A model generated the notes under the pieces. It was not told the origin of the DNA. It worked only from the letters and a program-made list of their open reading frames with translations, and searched no databases. A program made the position numbers and the translations under genes. Shown piece by piece: positions 46,357 to 56,916 of a stretch of DNA of 64,000 nucleotides (its first letter is position 1; every line of letters begins with the position of its first letter). This stretch comes from Thermosipho sp. (in: thermotogales) (GTDB lineage Bacteria; Thermotogota; Thermotogae; Thermotogales; Fervidobacteriaceae): NCBI GenBank assembly GCA_017656345.1, contig JACDNZ010000012.1:2223-66222 (forward strand). The letters run 5' to 3'.

Positions 46357-48141
46357 CTATTTTTTCACAATATTATTAACATTATAAATCTGACATACTC
46401 CACAATAACTACAATCGTTCCATCTACAATCCCCCGTAATTTCACCACTTAAGAATTTTTTATACTCTTTCCACAAAAATGCTTTGGTAACTCCAGAATC
46501 AATATGATCCCATGGAAAATCAGAGTAAAAATCATAAGGGCCTAAATACTCATTAATATCTACATTTTGTTCTTCAAATGAATTAATCCAATCTTCAAAA
46601 CTGAAAAATTCAGTCCACTCATCATAAAATGATTTTTTTACCTTCGCTTCTAACACTTCAAATAGTTTTCTATCACCTCTTGAAATAATCCCTTCAATAA
46701 AACTTTTCTTTCCATCGTTTATGTCAATTTTTGCATATTTTGAAAAACTTCTTAAAATATTATACGCATATTCTGTATATTCAGGATTTTGAAGTCTTGC
46801 AAACTGAAATGCTGTATGAGGTTTTGGAACCAAAAGATTTATTGAAGCTGTAATGTTTTTGAATTTTAAACTTTTTATCTCTTTCAATAAATACCCAATT
46901 TCTCTTATATCATCTTCCATCTCATGAGGAAAACCTACCATAAAGTACAATTTAACTCTATTCCATCCTGCCTTTTTCGCACTTTCAGCACTTTTAAATA
47001 TTTCATCAAAAGTAACATTTTTATTTATTCTGTCTCTCATCGATTGCGAACCAGCTTCAGGTGCCAATGTAATTCCCGTTTTTCTAATTGAAGCAACCTT
47101 TGAAGCTATTTCAACGTTAAATGCATCAACTCTTGTAGAAGGAATTGAAATGGATATTTTATTTTCTTGTGAATATGTTAACAAACCATTCACAATCTCT
47201 TGTATCATGCTATGATCCATTGCAGACAATGATAAAAGTGAAATTTCTTCATATCCGGTGTTTTTTAACATTTCAACAGCTAATTCAACTATTTTTTTAC
47301 TGCTTCTTTCACGAACTGGTCTGTAAATATAACCTGCCTGGCAAAATCTACACCCCCGGGTACATCCTCTACTTATTTCTACAACAGCTCTATCATGGAC
47401 ACTCTCTACATTTGGTAATATCTTTCTAACTGGAACAATTTCGTTTTCCAGATCTTTTATTACATTTTTTCTTATTTTTCTAGGAACATCCTTTATAGGG
47501 ATTATTTTTCTCCCAGTTTGTTTGTAAAAAATGGGAATATATATTCCTTCTAATTTACTAACATACTCTAATCTTTTAATTCTTTTTTCACCCTTTGTTT
47601 CTATTAGCAATTCTATTAATTTTATTAGATTTTTTTCTCCATCACCTATGTAAATAATATCAAATGCTTGAGATATTGGTTCAGGATTATAAGTTATTGG
47701 CCCCCCACCAATAACCAATGGCTCTTCATCTTTTCTTTCTTCTGCTCGAATTGGTATATGTGAAAGTTGCAACAATTTTAATACGTTGGTAAACGACAAT
47801 TCATATTCTAAAGAAATCCCTATTGCATCCAGTAATTTTACAGGTGTTTTTGTTTCGAGCGTAAACAAAGGTATGTTTTTTAACTCCATAAGTTCAATCA
47901 TATCAACCCACGGTAAATAAACCCTTTCAGCATAAACATTATCTAGATTATTTAACATGTGATATAGAATTTCTAAACCATAATGCGACATTCCAATTTC
48001 ATAAACATCAGGAAATGAAAGAGCAATCCTAAATTTACCATTAGGATCTTTAAAAATTGAATTGAATTCATTTCCGATATATCTAGCTGGTTTTTTTACC
48101 TTCAATCCAAACTCACTGATAAATTTTAAAATATTGTCCAT
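46357..48141 (-). CDS. Radical SAM protein with N-terminal B12-binding-like domain (TIGR03960-like), function unknown
   Basis: 594 aa with the CTRGCRFCQAG cluster motif. The family name is from memory. Confidence 0.75.
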   Translation of the reverse strand: MDNILKFISEFGLKVKKPARYIGNEFNSIFKDPNGKFRIALSFPDVYEIGMSHYGLEILYHMLNNLDNVYAERVYLPWVDMIELMELKNIPLFTLETKTPVKLLDAIGISLEYELSFTNVLKLLQLSHIPIRAEERKDEEPLVIGGGPITYNPEPISQAFDIIYIGDGEKNLIKLIELLIETKGEKRIKRLEYVSKLEGIYIPIFYKQTGRKIIPIKDVPRKIRKNVIKDLENEIVPVRKILPNVESVHDRAVVEISRGCTRGCRFCQAGYIYRPVRERSSKKIVELAVEMLKNTGYEEISLLSLSAMDHSMIQEIVNGLLTYSQENKISISIPSTRVDAFNVEIASKVASIRKTGITLAPEAGSQSMRDRINKNVTFDEIFKSAESAKKAGWNRVKLYFMVGFPHEMEDDIREIGYLLKEIKSLKFKNITASINLLVPKPHTAFQFARLQNPEYTEYAYNILRSFSKYAKIDINDGKKSFIEGIISRGDRKLFEVLEAKVKKSFYDEWTEFFSFEDWINSFEEQNVDINEYLGPYDFYSDFPWDHIDSGVTKAFLWKEYKKFLSGEITGDCRWNDCSYCGVCQIYNVNNIVKK

Positions 48142-48150
48142 ACTCTCCTC

Positions 48151-49221
48151 CTAATAAAACATATAAAACCAAACCCAAATACCACTATTTTGAAATCTAA
48201 TCTTCTTCTTAGCTCTTCTGCCAATCTTTTTTTCAAAGTTACTATCAGGTGAAAGGATATAAACGTTCGAATTTGGAAACTTATTCCAAATACTCGAATA
48301 ATCAATATTTGTTTTTAATCTTTCGCCATATGGTGGATTAGTTACAATATAACATCTTTCATCTATTCTTCCTAATTTATTAAAATCTCTGTTTTGAAAT
48401 TCAACCATATCATGTAAATTCAACTTTTTTAGATTCTCTTTTGCAACATTTAAAATATTCGAATCAATATCAAAACCAATGATTTGTTGTTGAAAATCCA
48501 GCGGTTTTAGCATTTTTTGCAACTTTTTTCTTTCATAAAGCCAATATTTATGCATTATTTTCCATTTTTCGGAAACAAAATCCCTATTTATGCCAGGTGG
48601 AATGTTATACAAAATCATAGCAGCTTCAATTGGAATTGTTCCACTACCACAAAAAGGATCGTATAAAGGAACTACTCCATTCCATCTTGATAATAAAATC
48701 ATAGCAGCCGCAATCGTTTCCCGCAAAGGAGCTTTTGATGTTTTTAATCTATACCCTCTTTTGCTTAATGCTTTTTTACCAGTTGTATCAAGAAGCACCA
48801 TCAAAATGTTATTTTTTAAAATTAATCTAACTGGATATATTACTTTTCCACTCGTTTTTTTTCCAAGTTTTTTCATAATTGCAGCTGTTGCAACAGAAAT
48901 AATTGCTCCTTTTGCTGTTAACTTTGAATTCCTTACACTAACATCACTTATAAATATATTTCCATCAAAAATGTATTCAAACCAGTCTATTGAATATATA
49001 GCTTCAAATAGTTCTTCAAAATTTTCAACCTTCTCTTCTTTTAAAACAATATACACCCTTTCGGCCGTTCTAAGCCAAAGATTAAGAAAAGGAATATCTT
49101 TAACTTCTCCATTAATGAAAATTCTTCCTGAAGTTGAATCTAAAATCTTATAACCAAAATTTTTAACTTCTAATGAGGTAGCTGCTTCAAAACCTGCTGT
49201 ACAAGTTAGAACCAATTTCAT
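48151..49221 (-). CDS. THUMP-domain class I SAM-dependent RNA methyltransferase (RlmL/YpsC-like)
   Basis: 356 aa. DPFCGSGTIPIEA and NPPYGERL motifs. Confidence 0.8.
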   Translation of the reverse strand: MKLVLTCTAGFEAATSLEVKNFGYKILDSTSGRIFINGEVKDIPFLNLWLRTAERVYIVLKEEKVENFEELFEAIYSIDWFEYIFDGNIFISDVSVRNSKLTAKGAIISVATAAIMKKLGKKTSGKVIYPVRLILKNNILMVLLDTTGKKALSKRGYRLKTSKAPLRETIAAAMILLSRWNGVVPLYDPFCGSGTIPIEAAMILYNIPPGINRDFVSEKWKIMHKYWLYERKKLQKMLKPLDFQQQIIGFDIDSNILNVAKENLKKLNLHDMVEFQNRDFNKLGRIDERCYIVTNPPYGERLKTNIDYSSIWNKFPNSNVYILSPDSNFEKKIGRRAKKKIRFQNSGIWVWFYMFY

Positions 49222-49535
49222 TCTTTCTTCTCCACATAGTACGCATTAACTGGTACTTCAACAATTAATCCATCAAAATTCAGAAGTTTTATTTTTTCAA
49301 TAAATTCTGCTATCTTTTCTTTCTCATCTACAATATCAATGACTATCGGTAAATCTTCTGAAAGTGTAAAAAAATCGCTTCTATGAATATGTCTTTTTTT
49401 ACCAAATCCTATAATACCTTTGCAAACAGTTATACCATTCAATCCTGATTTATACGCAAGCTCAACAATATATTCTGCCAAAGGCTTACCCCCTTTTACA
49501 TCTTTTTCTCCTAAATATATCCTTAATAACTTCAA
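49218..49535 (-). CDS. DUF190-family small protein (CrcB-associated)
   Basis: 105 aa. The family call rests on size, the N-terminal pattern (RIYLGEKD...GKPL) and its position directly after crcB, and is from memory. Confidence 0.6.
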   Translation of the reverse strand: MKLLRIYLGEKDVKGGKPLAEYIVELAYKSGLNGITVCKGIIGFGKKRHIHRSDFFTLSEDLPIVIDIVDEKEKIAEFIEKIKLLNFDGLIVEVPVNAYYVEKKE

Positions 49536-49909
49536 ATCAATCTCCCCCTTCCAAGGAGCATACCGAAATATGCGGCAGAAAATCCTAAAATTATATTAGA
49601 CAAAAAATACAAAAAACCTCTCAATGGCGTTTCCAAAAACAATGATAACGATTCATACGTAAATGTGGAAAAAGTCGTAAAAGCACCTAAAAAACCTGTT
49701 CCAAAAAATAATATGAAGCTTGATGAAAGTTCATATCTTTCCAGAGAAGAAAACAAAACAAAACTTAGTAAAAATGCTCCAATTACATTCACCAAAACAG
49801 TACCCCATGGAATGTAGCTAAACGAAAAAATTCCGTTTATAAATTTTGATAAATAATATCGTGATAAAGCTCCCAGAGCACCGCCTATAGAAATAAATAC
49901 CACTTTCAT
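49532..49909 (-). CDS. crcB: Fluoride channel CrcB/FluC
   Basis: About 125 aa with 4 TM helices. GGALGALSRY and GFLGAFTTFSTF motifs. I moved the start to ATG 49909. Confidence 0.85.
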   Translation of the reverse strand: MKVVFISIGGALGALSRYYLSKFINGIFSFSYIPWGTVLVNVIGAFLLSFVLFSSLERYELSSSFILFFGTGFLGAFTTFSTFTYESLSLFLETPLRGFLYFLSNIILGFSAAYFGMLLGRGRLI

Positions 49910-49913
49910 CTTT

Positions 49914-50507
49914 TCACTTCTTTCGCAAATCACTTTTAATTTTTTCAATTAATGAAAACAATTTTTTTAATGCTTTACTTCTATGACTAATTTTCATCTT
50001 TATCTCTTCACCTAATTCTCCAAAAGTTTGATCATAACCATCCGGAATAAAAATAGGATCATATCCAAAACCACTTTCTCCTTTTATATCATACGCTATT
50101 CGACCTTCAACTATTCCTTCTGCAGATATTAATATTCCATCGCCAGGGTCATAATAGCTTGCCACACAAACGAATCTTGCAGATCTATTTTCTGCATTTT
50201 TCATTCTCTTCAAAATCTCTTGCATCTTTTCAATATATGATTTCCCCTCCATAAATCTTGCACTCATAACCCCTGGAAAACCTCCTAAATAGTCAATTAC
50301 AAGCCCAGAATCATCTGCTATTACTTTTTCTCCAAGTATATTTCCATAAATAAATGCTTTTTTTACTGAATTCTCTAAAAAAGTTTCTCCATTTTCATCC
50401 ACTTCAACCTTTTTCGGTGAAGCTTTAATTCTGTATTCTACATTTTTTAAAATTTGTTTGATCTCTTCTATCTTATGTAAATTTGAAGTTGCAATATAAA
50501 TTTCCAT
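49914..50507 (-). CDS. rdgB: Non-canonical purine NTP pyrophosphatase (RdgB/HAM1)
   Basis: [13 protein letters not shown]..., [35 protein letters not shown] moved the start to ATG 50507. Confidence 0.9.
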   Translation of the reverse strand: MEIYIATSNLHKIEEIKQILKNVEYRIKASPKKVEVDENGETFLENSVKKAFIYGNILGEKVIADDSGLVIDYLGGFPGVMSARFMEGKSYIEKMQEILKRMKNAENRSARFVCVASYYDPGDGILISAEGIVEGRIAYDIKGESGFGYDPIFIPDGYDQTFGELGEEIKMKISHRSKALKKLFSLIEKIKSDLRKK

Positions 50508-50520
50508 GCTTTTCACCCTC

Positions 50521-50979
50521 TTAATAATGGTATTTTTCATTATTTATAATTTTAAATCCCCTAAAAATTTGTTCAAGAAGCAAAATTAACGCAAGTTCAT
50601 GTGTAAAAGTAAGCTTAGATAAAGAAATTCTTTTCTTGGCTTTTTCTATTAAGCTTTTATCCAATCCCAAAGGTCCACCAATTACAAAATTCACTTCACC
50701 TATAAGCATCAGATTTTCAATAAGTTGTGAAAAATCTAAACTATTCATTTGTTTGCCCTGCAAATCAATTAAATAATAGTCCTTTCCATTTAATTTCTTT
50801 AAAATCTCTTGTGCTTCATTCCTTAGCACCACTTCTTTTGGCATTTTATTTATATCTCCACCAAGCTTTACAAAAACTACTTCTATTTCGGAAAATCTCC
50901 TAATTTTATTAATATAAAAATTATAAGCATCTACAAGATGCTTGGAAATTTTCCCTGGAATATATACCTTAATTTTCAT
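50521..50979 (-). CDS. rlmH: 23S rRNA (pseudouridine1915-N3)-methyltransferase
   Basis: 152 aa SPOUT fold. FVIGGPLGL...[12 protein letters not shown]. Confidence 0.85.
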   Translation of the reverse strand: MKIKVYIPGKISKHLVDAYNFYINKIRRFSEIEVVFVKLGGDINKMPKEVVLRNEAQEILKKLNGKDYYLIDLQGKQMNSLDFSQLIENLMLIGEVNFVIGGPLGLDKSLIEKAKKRISLSKLTFTHELALILLLEQIFRGFKIINNEKYHY

Positions 50980-50981
50980 AG

Positions 50982-51518
50982 TTACACTCCTAAAAATTTT
51001 TTACAATATTTATCCCCACAGTTGATTTCTCCTATTAATTTCATTACCTCTTCACCAATTGGATTCTCAACTCCAGCAAGGTAATCTGCCGTATGAAGAT
51101 GCAAACATTTGACTTTTGTCCAATCTTTTATTCCTCCAGTACCTACTTCTAAAAGTTTTTTCCGCCATTCTGTATATTTACTTAATTCTTGATATTTTTC
51201 AAAAAATCCATCTCTTCTTCTTATAATCTCTTGATGAGCTAAAAACAGCTTCTTTTTAAAATCCTCATCTTTTTCTATCTTACCCTCAAAATATTTTATA
51301 TATCCTTTTTCTTCAAGTTTGGAAATTTTTCTAATTAAGTATGGGCAAGTTAAATAATATATCGTTGGGAATGGTTTACCATTTTTTATAGGTAGGCTTT
51401 CGATAACAACTGGAAATTTATAAACACAAAAATAGGCAACTTTATTAAAATTAGTTGCCTCAACCTGAAGTTGTTTATTAACAATTGTATTTAAAACTTT
51501 ATTACTAAAGAATTCCAT
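50982..51518 (-). CDS. DUF501-domain protein
   Basis: 178 aa. The GKPFPTIYYLTCPYL motif is typical of DUF501 as I recall it. Confidence 0.65.
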   Translation of the reverse strand: MEFFSNKVLNTIVNKQLQVEATNFNKVAYFCVYKFPVVIESLPIKNGKPFPTIYYLTCPYLIRKISKLEEKGYIKYFEGKIEKDEDFKKKLFLAHQEIIRRRDGFFEKYQELSKYTEWRKKLLEVGTGGIKDWTKVKCLHLHTADYLAGVENPIGEEVMKLIGEINCGDKYCKKFLGV

Positions 51519-52288
51519 TCACCGCTCCTCCGATGCTCTATAATATTTAGATTTTTAAACAGGTCAAGCTTTGAATCAATAATCCCAGATAAAATTACTA
51601 TTCCACCATCTTCCAGATATTCTGGCATTTTTTTCAATGCTTCTATTAAAATTTCAGCAATAATGTTTGAAACAATCAAATCGAATTTCCCTTTAACATT
51701 TTTTAATAAATCCGATTCTTTTATCTCAACATCACTAATTTTGTTCAATTCAATATTTTCATTTGCCACTTCTACTGCTATTTTATCATTATCAACACCT
51801 ACAACCTTTGATGCTCCTAATTTTTTAGCTAATATACTCAAAATTCCACTACCACATCCCAGGTCTAAAACTTTCATTCCTGGTTTTAAATATTTCTTCA
51901 ACATTTCACCAGCTAACTTTGTAGTTGCATGTAATCCTGTACCAAAAGCTAAACCCGGAATTATTTTTATGACAATATCTGCATCAATATCGTGATGATC
52001 TGGATCAATATATACACCATCAATAAACTCAAAAGGCTTCGAAATAATATTTTTGACCCATTCTTCGGATGAAGTTTCTCGTTGTTCAACAAATTCAATA
52101 TTGAAAGGAAGTTTTTGTTCAATTTCGATTATTTTCTTCGGTTTATCAGAAACTAAAATCAAAAAAACTCCTTCATCGTTTTCAAGTGTATAAAAATTAC
52201 TAAAACCCAACTCAAACAAAGTTTCAGAAACTAAATCATAATCATCATTAAATTTATATACTCTTTCGTAAAAAATTTTAGAGGACAA
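51491..52288 (-). CDS. prmA: Ribosomal protein L11 methyltransferase
   Basis: 265 aa. GLAFGTGLHATT and SAM motif VLDLGCGSGILS. TTG start. Confidence 0.85.
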   Translation of the reverse strand: MSSKIFYERVYKFNDDYDLVSETLFELGFSNFYTLENDEGVFLILVSDKPKKIIEIEQKLPFNIEFVEQRETSSEEWVKNIISKPFEFIDGVYIDPDHHDIDADIVIKIIPGLAFGTGLHATTKLAGEMLKKYLKPGMKVLDLGCGSGILSILAKKLGASKVVGVDNDKIAVEVANENIELNKISDVEIKESDLLKNVKGKFDLIVSNIIAEILIEALKKMPEYLEDGGIVILSGIIDSKLDLFKNLNIIEHRRSGEWNSLVIKF

Positions 52289-52290
52289 AA

Positions 52291-53109
52291 TTATTCACCA
52301 CCAACATAAATATTATCGCTTTTTAAAACATACATTCTGCTGTAAGAAGGAAGGTAAACCATAGGATTTGTGTGGTTTCCATTTATCCTTACTTCAAAAT
52401 GGAGGTGTGGCCCGGTACTTACCCCTGTCGAACCTACTCGACCAAGTAACTCACCTTTTGACACAGTTTGACCTTTGTAAACACACACTTTAGACATATG
52501 ACCATAAACTATTTCATACTTTCCATAGTCCACTATTACTGCAAGACCATATCCTCCATACTCACCTGCGAGCCTAACCACTCCTTTTGTAGCAGAAAAT
52601 ATAGGTGACCCTTCAGGAGCAGCAATATCAACACCTGTGTGAAATGTTGTTTTGTGATATATTGGATGCTGTCTCCAACCATATGTAGAAGTTATACTAC
52701 CAAAAACAGGCCAAATAAAATCTTTATCATAAACATTAAAAGCTAGTCCTATAATCTTTCTTGGAACAAAAATCTTTTGCCCAACATACAAATAACTAGT
52801 TGTTAAATCATTGGCTTCTTTAATTGCATCAACCGTAGTAAAAAAGCGCAAAGAGATATCATACAGAGTATCTCCTTGCTTTACCTCATATAATATTCCT
52901 TCGGGTTGTGGAATCTGAATTAGCTGTCCAATCTTTAAATTATATGGATTGACATCATTCCAGTCAATAATCGTAGTTGGTGACACCGAAAATTTCCTTG
53001 CCAAAGTGTAAATTGTATCTCCTGGCTGAATGTAATAATTTATTAGATAATAATTTCCGAAAACTATATATCCTAGTAAAAGCACTAGTAATAAAATTAT
53101 TTTATTCAT
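52291..53109 (-). CDS. LysM-domain M23 metallopeptidase
   Basis: Signal/anchor helix and two LysM repeats (YIQPGDTIYTLARKF..., YEVKQGDTLYDISLRF...). M23 motifs HTGVDIAAPEGSPI and GPHLHFEV. I moved the start to ATG 53109. Confidence 0.85.
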   Translation of the reverse strand: MNKIILLLVLLLGYIVFGNYYLINYYIQPGDTIYTLARKFSVSPTTIIDWNDVNPYNLKIGQLIQIPQPEGILYEVKQGDTLYDISLRFFTTVDAIKEANDLTTSYLYVGQKIFVPRKIIGLAFNVYDKDFIWPVFGSITSTYGWRQHPIYHKTTFHTGVDIAAPEGSPIFSATKGVVRLAGEYGGYGLAVIVDYGKYEIVYGHMSKVCVYKGQTVSKGELLGRVGSTGVSTGPHLHFEVRINGNHTNPMVYLPSYSRMYVLKSDNIYVGGE

Positions 53110-53141
53110 TAAAACACTCCTTCCAAAAATATGGCAAAAAT

Positions 53142-53171
53142 ATTTTACCACATTAAAATTATTTTATGCAA
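53142..53171 (-). promoter_or_regulatory. Candidate promoter of the M23-prmA...crcB minus-strand gene string
   Basis: The minus strand reads TTGCAT (53171-53166), an 18-nt spacer ending in TGG, then TAAAAT (53147-53142). Confidence 0.45.
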
Positions 53172-53299
53172 ATAGCGTTATAACAAAACATTAAACATGA
53201 ATAATCACATATAAATAAGCATAATTAAGCAAAAATAGACATAAATATAAAAAAATAAGATAGAAATCAATAAATGTTTTTAAAAGACTGTAAACGATT

Positions 53300-53328
53300 T
53301 TGCACAACTTCAAACTTTCTGTTAACAT
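53300..53328 (+). promoter_or_regulatory. Candidate promoter of the lysine fermentation operon
   Basis: TTGCAC (53300-53305), a 17-nt spacer, then TAACAT (53323-53328), about 38 nt upstream of the kal start. Consensus match only. Confidence 0.3.
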
Positions 53329-53365
53329 AAAAATGCACTAAATTTTTATTAAGGGGGAGCATTGT

Positions 53366-53749
53366 ATGAAAGCCATGATAAGAGTTCGTATGAGTCTTTC
53401 TGACGCTCATTACGGAGGCAATTTGGTAGATGGTGCAAAAATTTTACAACTTTTCGGTGATGTAGCAACAGAATTGCTAATAAGACATGATGGTGATGAA
53501 GGGTTATTTAGAGCTTATGATAACATTGAATTTCTTGCACCAGTGTATGCCGGAGATTTTATTGAAGTTACCGGTGAAATTGTTGAAGTCGGTAGAACTT
53601 CAAGAAAAATGATATTTGAAGCAAAAAAAGTAATAACTTCAAGACCTGAAATAAACGAAAGTGCAGCTGACGTTTTAGATGAACCAATTATAGTTTGTAG
53701 AGCCAGTGGAACTTGCGTTGTTCCTCTTGAGAAACAAAGAAAGAGGTGA
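53366..53749 (+). CDS. kal: 3-aminobutyryl-CoA ammonia-lyase (hot-dog fold)
   Basis: 127 aa. Size, hot-dog-like sequence and position at the head of a kce-kdd-kamA-kamDE cluster. The family assignment is from memory of the Fusobacterium/Clostridium lysine cluster. Confidence 0.7.
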   Translation: MKAMIRVRMSLSDAHYGGNLVDGAKILQLFGDVATELLIRHDGDEGLFRAYDNIEFLAPVYAGDFIEVTGEIVEVGRTSRKMIFEAKKVITSRPEINESAADVLDEPIIVCRASGTCVVPLEKQRKR

Positions 53750-53753
53750 AAAA

Positions 53754-54575
53754 ATGGACAAACTCATTATTACTGTAGCTGTTACCGGAGCAGAAGTTAC
53801 CAAAGAAAAACAACCCAACTTACCGGTTACTCCCGATGAAATTGCAGATGCAGTATATGAATGTTATCTTGCGGGTGCATCAATTGCTCATATTCATGCA
53901 AGATTACCAGATGGTACCCCAACACAGTCATATGAAATTTACAAAGAAATAAAAGAAAAAATTGAGAAAAAATGCGATATTATTTTTCAACCATCTACTG
54001 GTGGAGCTACCTGGCACACATTTGATGAAAGAATGCAACCACTTTTAACAAACCCAGAAATGGCAACTTTAACCGCTGGAACCTGTAATTTTGGAAATGA
54101 TGTATTCTTGAACCCAGAAGATTATATTGAGAAGTTTGCCCTTGAAATGAAAAAGAGAGGGATAAAACCTGAAATAGAAGTATTTGAAAGAGGAATGATT
54201 GAAAATGCACTAAGACTAGTTAAAAAAGGAATTTTAGAAACCCCTTTGCATTTTGATTTCGTTATGGGAGTTCCCGGGGCAATTCCAGGAACAATTGAAG
54301 ACCTCGTTTATTTAGTTTCAAAAATTCCTGAAGGATCCACATGGAGTGTTGCTGGAATTGGTAAATTCGAATTACCACTTGCTGTTCATGCAATAGCAAT
54401 GGGAGGACATGTAAGAGTTGGTTTTGAAGATAATATTTATTACAAAAAAGGTGAATTAGCTAAATCCAATGCACAATTGGTTGAAAGAATTGTAAGAATA
54501 GCAAAAGAATTAGGTAGAGAAATAGCTACTCCAGACGAAGCTAGAAAAATACTAGGCATTAAAAGAAAGGGGTGA
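53754..54575 (+). CDS. kce: 3-keto-5-aminohexanoate cleavage enzyme (BKACE/DUF849)
   Basis: About 273 aa. N-terminal IITVAVTGAEV... and the IHIHAR pattern typical of the BKACE TIM-barrel family. I moved the start to ATG 53754 (GAGGTG SD). Confidence 0.8.
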   Translation: MDKLIITVAVTGAEVTKEKQPNLPVTPDEIADAVYECYLAGASIAHIHARLPDGTPTQSYEIYKEIKEKIEKKCDIIFQPSTGGATWHTFDERMQPLLTNPEMATLTAGTCNFGNDVFLNPEDYIEKFALEMKKRGIKPEIEVFERGMIENALRLVKKGILETPLHFDFVMGVPGAIPGTIEDLVYLVSKIPEGSTWSVAGIGKFELPLAVHAIAMGGHVRVGFEDNIYYKKGELAKSNAQLVERIVRIAKELGREIATPDEARKILGIKRKG

Positions 54576-55618
54576 ATTTTTTGAAAAATATTAAAGGCTG
54601 TCCATTTGGATCACATAGAGTTATCGAACCTTCAGGTGCACTTCCTCAATCTGCAAAAAAAATTGACAATACAATGGAAATATACTCAAACGAGATTTTG
54701 ATTAACGTACAGACATTAAATGTTGATTCCGCTAGTTTTACTCAAATAAAAGAATCGTGCAACAATGATATAAAATGCATTGAAAATACAATTCTTTCAA
54801 TAGTTGAAGAACGAGGTAAACTCCAAAATCCAGTAACTGGAAGTGGAGGTATGTTAATAGGCACGATAGAAGAAATTGGTAGTGATCTAAACACAGATTT
54901 AAAAATTGGAGATAAAATTGCTACGCTGGTTTCCCTTTCACTAACTCCATTAAAAATAGAAAAAATATTAAACATTAACCTTGAAACTGATCAAGTTGAT
55001 ATTATTGGAAAAGCTATTCTTTTTGAGTCAGGCATATATGCTAAGTTACCCGATGATATTCCTGAAAAACTTGCACTTGCTGTTCTTGATGTCGCTGGTG
55101 CACCAGCACAGGTAAATAAATTAGTAAAAGAAGGTATGACAGTAGCTATAATTGGTGGTGGTGGAAAATCAGGTCTTTTATGTGCATATCAAGCAATGAA
55201 AAATGTAGGTAAAAACGGGAAAGTCATCGTTATTGAATATTCCAAAGAAAACGCAGAAAGAATTAAAAAACTGGGACTTGCTCATGATGTAATCATTGCA
55301 GATGCCACCAAACCTATAGAAGTTTACCAAAAATTCATAGAAGTAAATAAAGGTAATCTATGTGATGTAACTATTAATAATGTGAATGTTCCTGCAACAG
55401 AAATGGCTTCAATTCTGATCACCAAAGACGATGGAATAATCTATTTCTTTAGTATGGCTACATCCTTTACTAGAGCTGCACTAGGTGCAGAAGGTGTTGG
55501 GAAAGATGTTACAATGATAATAGGGAACGGATATACTAAAGGTCATGCAGAACTAAGTCTTAATATTTTAAGGGAATCGCCTGAAATAAGAAAAATATTC
55601 GAAGAAAAATATTGTTAA
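54572..55618 (+). CDS. kdd: L-erythro-3,5-diaminohexanoate dehydrogenase
   Basis: 348 aa. Rossmann GGGGKSG. N-terminal G.PFGSHRVIEP.GALPQSAKKIDN as I recall for Kdd. Cluster context supports the call. Confidence 0.75.
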   Translation: MNFLKNIKGCPFGSHRVIEPSGALPQSAKKIDNTMEIYSNEILINVQTLNVDSASFTQIKESCNNDIKCIENTILSIVEERGKLQNPVTGSGGMLIGTIEEIGSDLNTDLKIGDKIATLVSLSLTPLKIEKILNINLETDQVDIIGKAILFESGIYAKLPDDIPEKLALAVLDVAGAPAQVNKLVKEGMTVAIIGGGGKSGLLCAYQAMKNVGKNGKVIVIEYSKENAERIKKLGLAHDVIIADATKPIEVYQKFIEVNKGNLCDVTINNVNVPATEMASILITKDDGIIYFFSMATSFTRAALGAEGVGKDVTMIIGNGYTKGHAELSLNILRESPEIRKIFEEKYC

Positions 55619-55635
55619 TGAAAAGGAGGATAATA

Positions 55636-56916
55636 ATGAGAAACTATAAGGATATTCCCATCTGGAAAAATGTAACTGAACAAGAATGGAATGATTGGAA
55701 GTGGCAATTAAGAAATAGAATAATGGATGTTGATACTTTAAAACAAGTTATTAACCTAACCCCCGAAGAAGAAGCAGGGATTAGGCATAGCTTAAAAACT
55801 CTCAGAATGGCAATTACTCCTTATTATGCCTCACTAATGGATCCTGATAACCCAAAATGTCCTATAAGAAGACAAGCCGTCCCCACAGTAAAAGAACTGG
55901 AAATTTCTCAATGGGATATGCTTGATCCTTTACATGAAGATGAAGATTCTCCAGTACCAGGTTTAACTCATAGATATCCTGATAGAGTCTTATTTTTAAT
56001 AACCGATATGTGTTCAATGTATTGTAGACATTGTACAAGAAGAAGATTTGCAGGGCAACATGATAGATCAAGAACAAAAAAAGAAATAGATGAAGCAATT
56101 GAATACATCAGAGAAACTCCACAAGTAAGGGATGTTCTGCTTTCAGGAGGCGACGCTCTTCTTGTTGGTAAAGAAATGCTGGAATATATTTTAAAAGAAC
56201 TTAGAAAAATCAAACACGTTGAAATTATCAGGATTGGAACAAGAGCTCCAGTTGTCTTACCTCAAATCATAACGGAAGATTATGTAAATATGTTAAAAAA
56301 ATATCATCCGATATGGATAAACATACAATTTAATCACCCCAAAGAAATCACACCAGAAAGTTCAAGAGCCTGTGAATTACTTGCCGACGCTGGAATTCCA
56401 CTTGGAAACCAATCAGTTCTTTTAAGAGGTGTAAACGATAGTCCATATATAATGCTTGAACTTGTGCACAAACTTGTTCAAATTAGAGTAAGACCATATT
56501 ATCTATACCAATGCGATTTATCTCAGGGTATTTCACACTTCAGAACCTCAATTGGAACTGGTTTAAGAATTATTGAAAGCCTTATAGGTCATACTTCCGG
56601 ATTTTGTGTTCCAACTTATGTAGTTGATGCACCAGGTGGCGGTGGAAAAATTAGACTTATGCCACAATACTTAATTTCCTATTCCGATAATACAGCAATC
56701 TTGCGTAATTACGAAGGTGTTATTGTTGCATATCATGAACCAGAAGAAACAGATACTGACGTAGAAGACTCTGAATATAGAGAAAAATATAAACTTACAG
56801 GTATTGCTTCTCTCTATGAAAGTAAGAGTATTTCAATAGAACCAGTCCATCTTGAAAGACATGAAAGAATTAAAAAATGGAAAGAATCAAAAAGAGGTGA
56901 GCAAAATGAAATATGA
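55636..56916 (+). CDS. kamA: L-lysine 2,3-aminomutase (radical SAM, PLP)
   Basis: CSMYCRHCTRR cluster motif, LLSGGDALL, typical KamA length. I moved the start to ATG 55636 (GGAGG SD). Confidence 0.9.
   Translation: MRNYKDIPIWKNVTEQEWNDWKWQLRNRIMDVDTLKQVINLTPEEEAGIRHSLKTLRMAITPYYASLMDPDNPKCPIRRQAVPTVKELEISQWDMLDPLHEDEDSPVPGLTHRYPDRVLFLITDMCSMYCRHCTRRRFAGQHDRSRTKKEIDEAIEYIRETPQVRDVLLSGGDALLVGKEMLEYILKELRKIKHVEIIRIGTRAPVVLPQIITEDYVNMLKKYHPIWINIQFNHPKEITPESSRACELLADAGIPLGNQSVLLRGVNDSPYIMLELVHKLVQIRVRPYYLYQCDLSQGISHFRTSIGTGLRIIESLIGHTSGFCVPTYVVDAPGGGGKIRLMPQYLISYSDNTAILRNYEGVIVAYHEPEETDTDVEDSEYREKYKLTGIASLYESKSISIEPVHLERHERIKKWKESKRGEQNEI

Noticed and set aside
48590-49153. Long antisense ORFs in the track: 187 aa here, plus 17630-18085, 12284-12754, 1738-2142, 15163-15534 and similar
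   Set aside because: Each lies entirely opposite a gene with clear family motifs. Their translations are low-complexity (S/F/I/L/P-rich) with no recognisable motifs and no SD-like sequences. They look like shadow ORFs.
53110-53365. Possible lysine riboswitch (L-box) or other leader RNA upstream of the lysine fermentation operon
   Set aside because: The 256-bp leader is almost pure A/T. It has no G-rich helices or conserved L-box-like segments visible, and no terminator/antiterminator hairpin. Only a candidate promoter is called.
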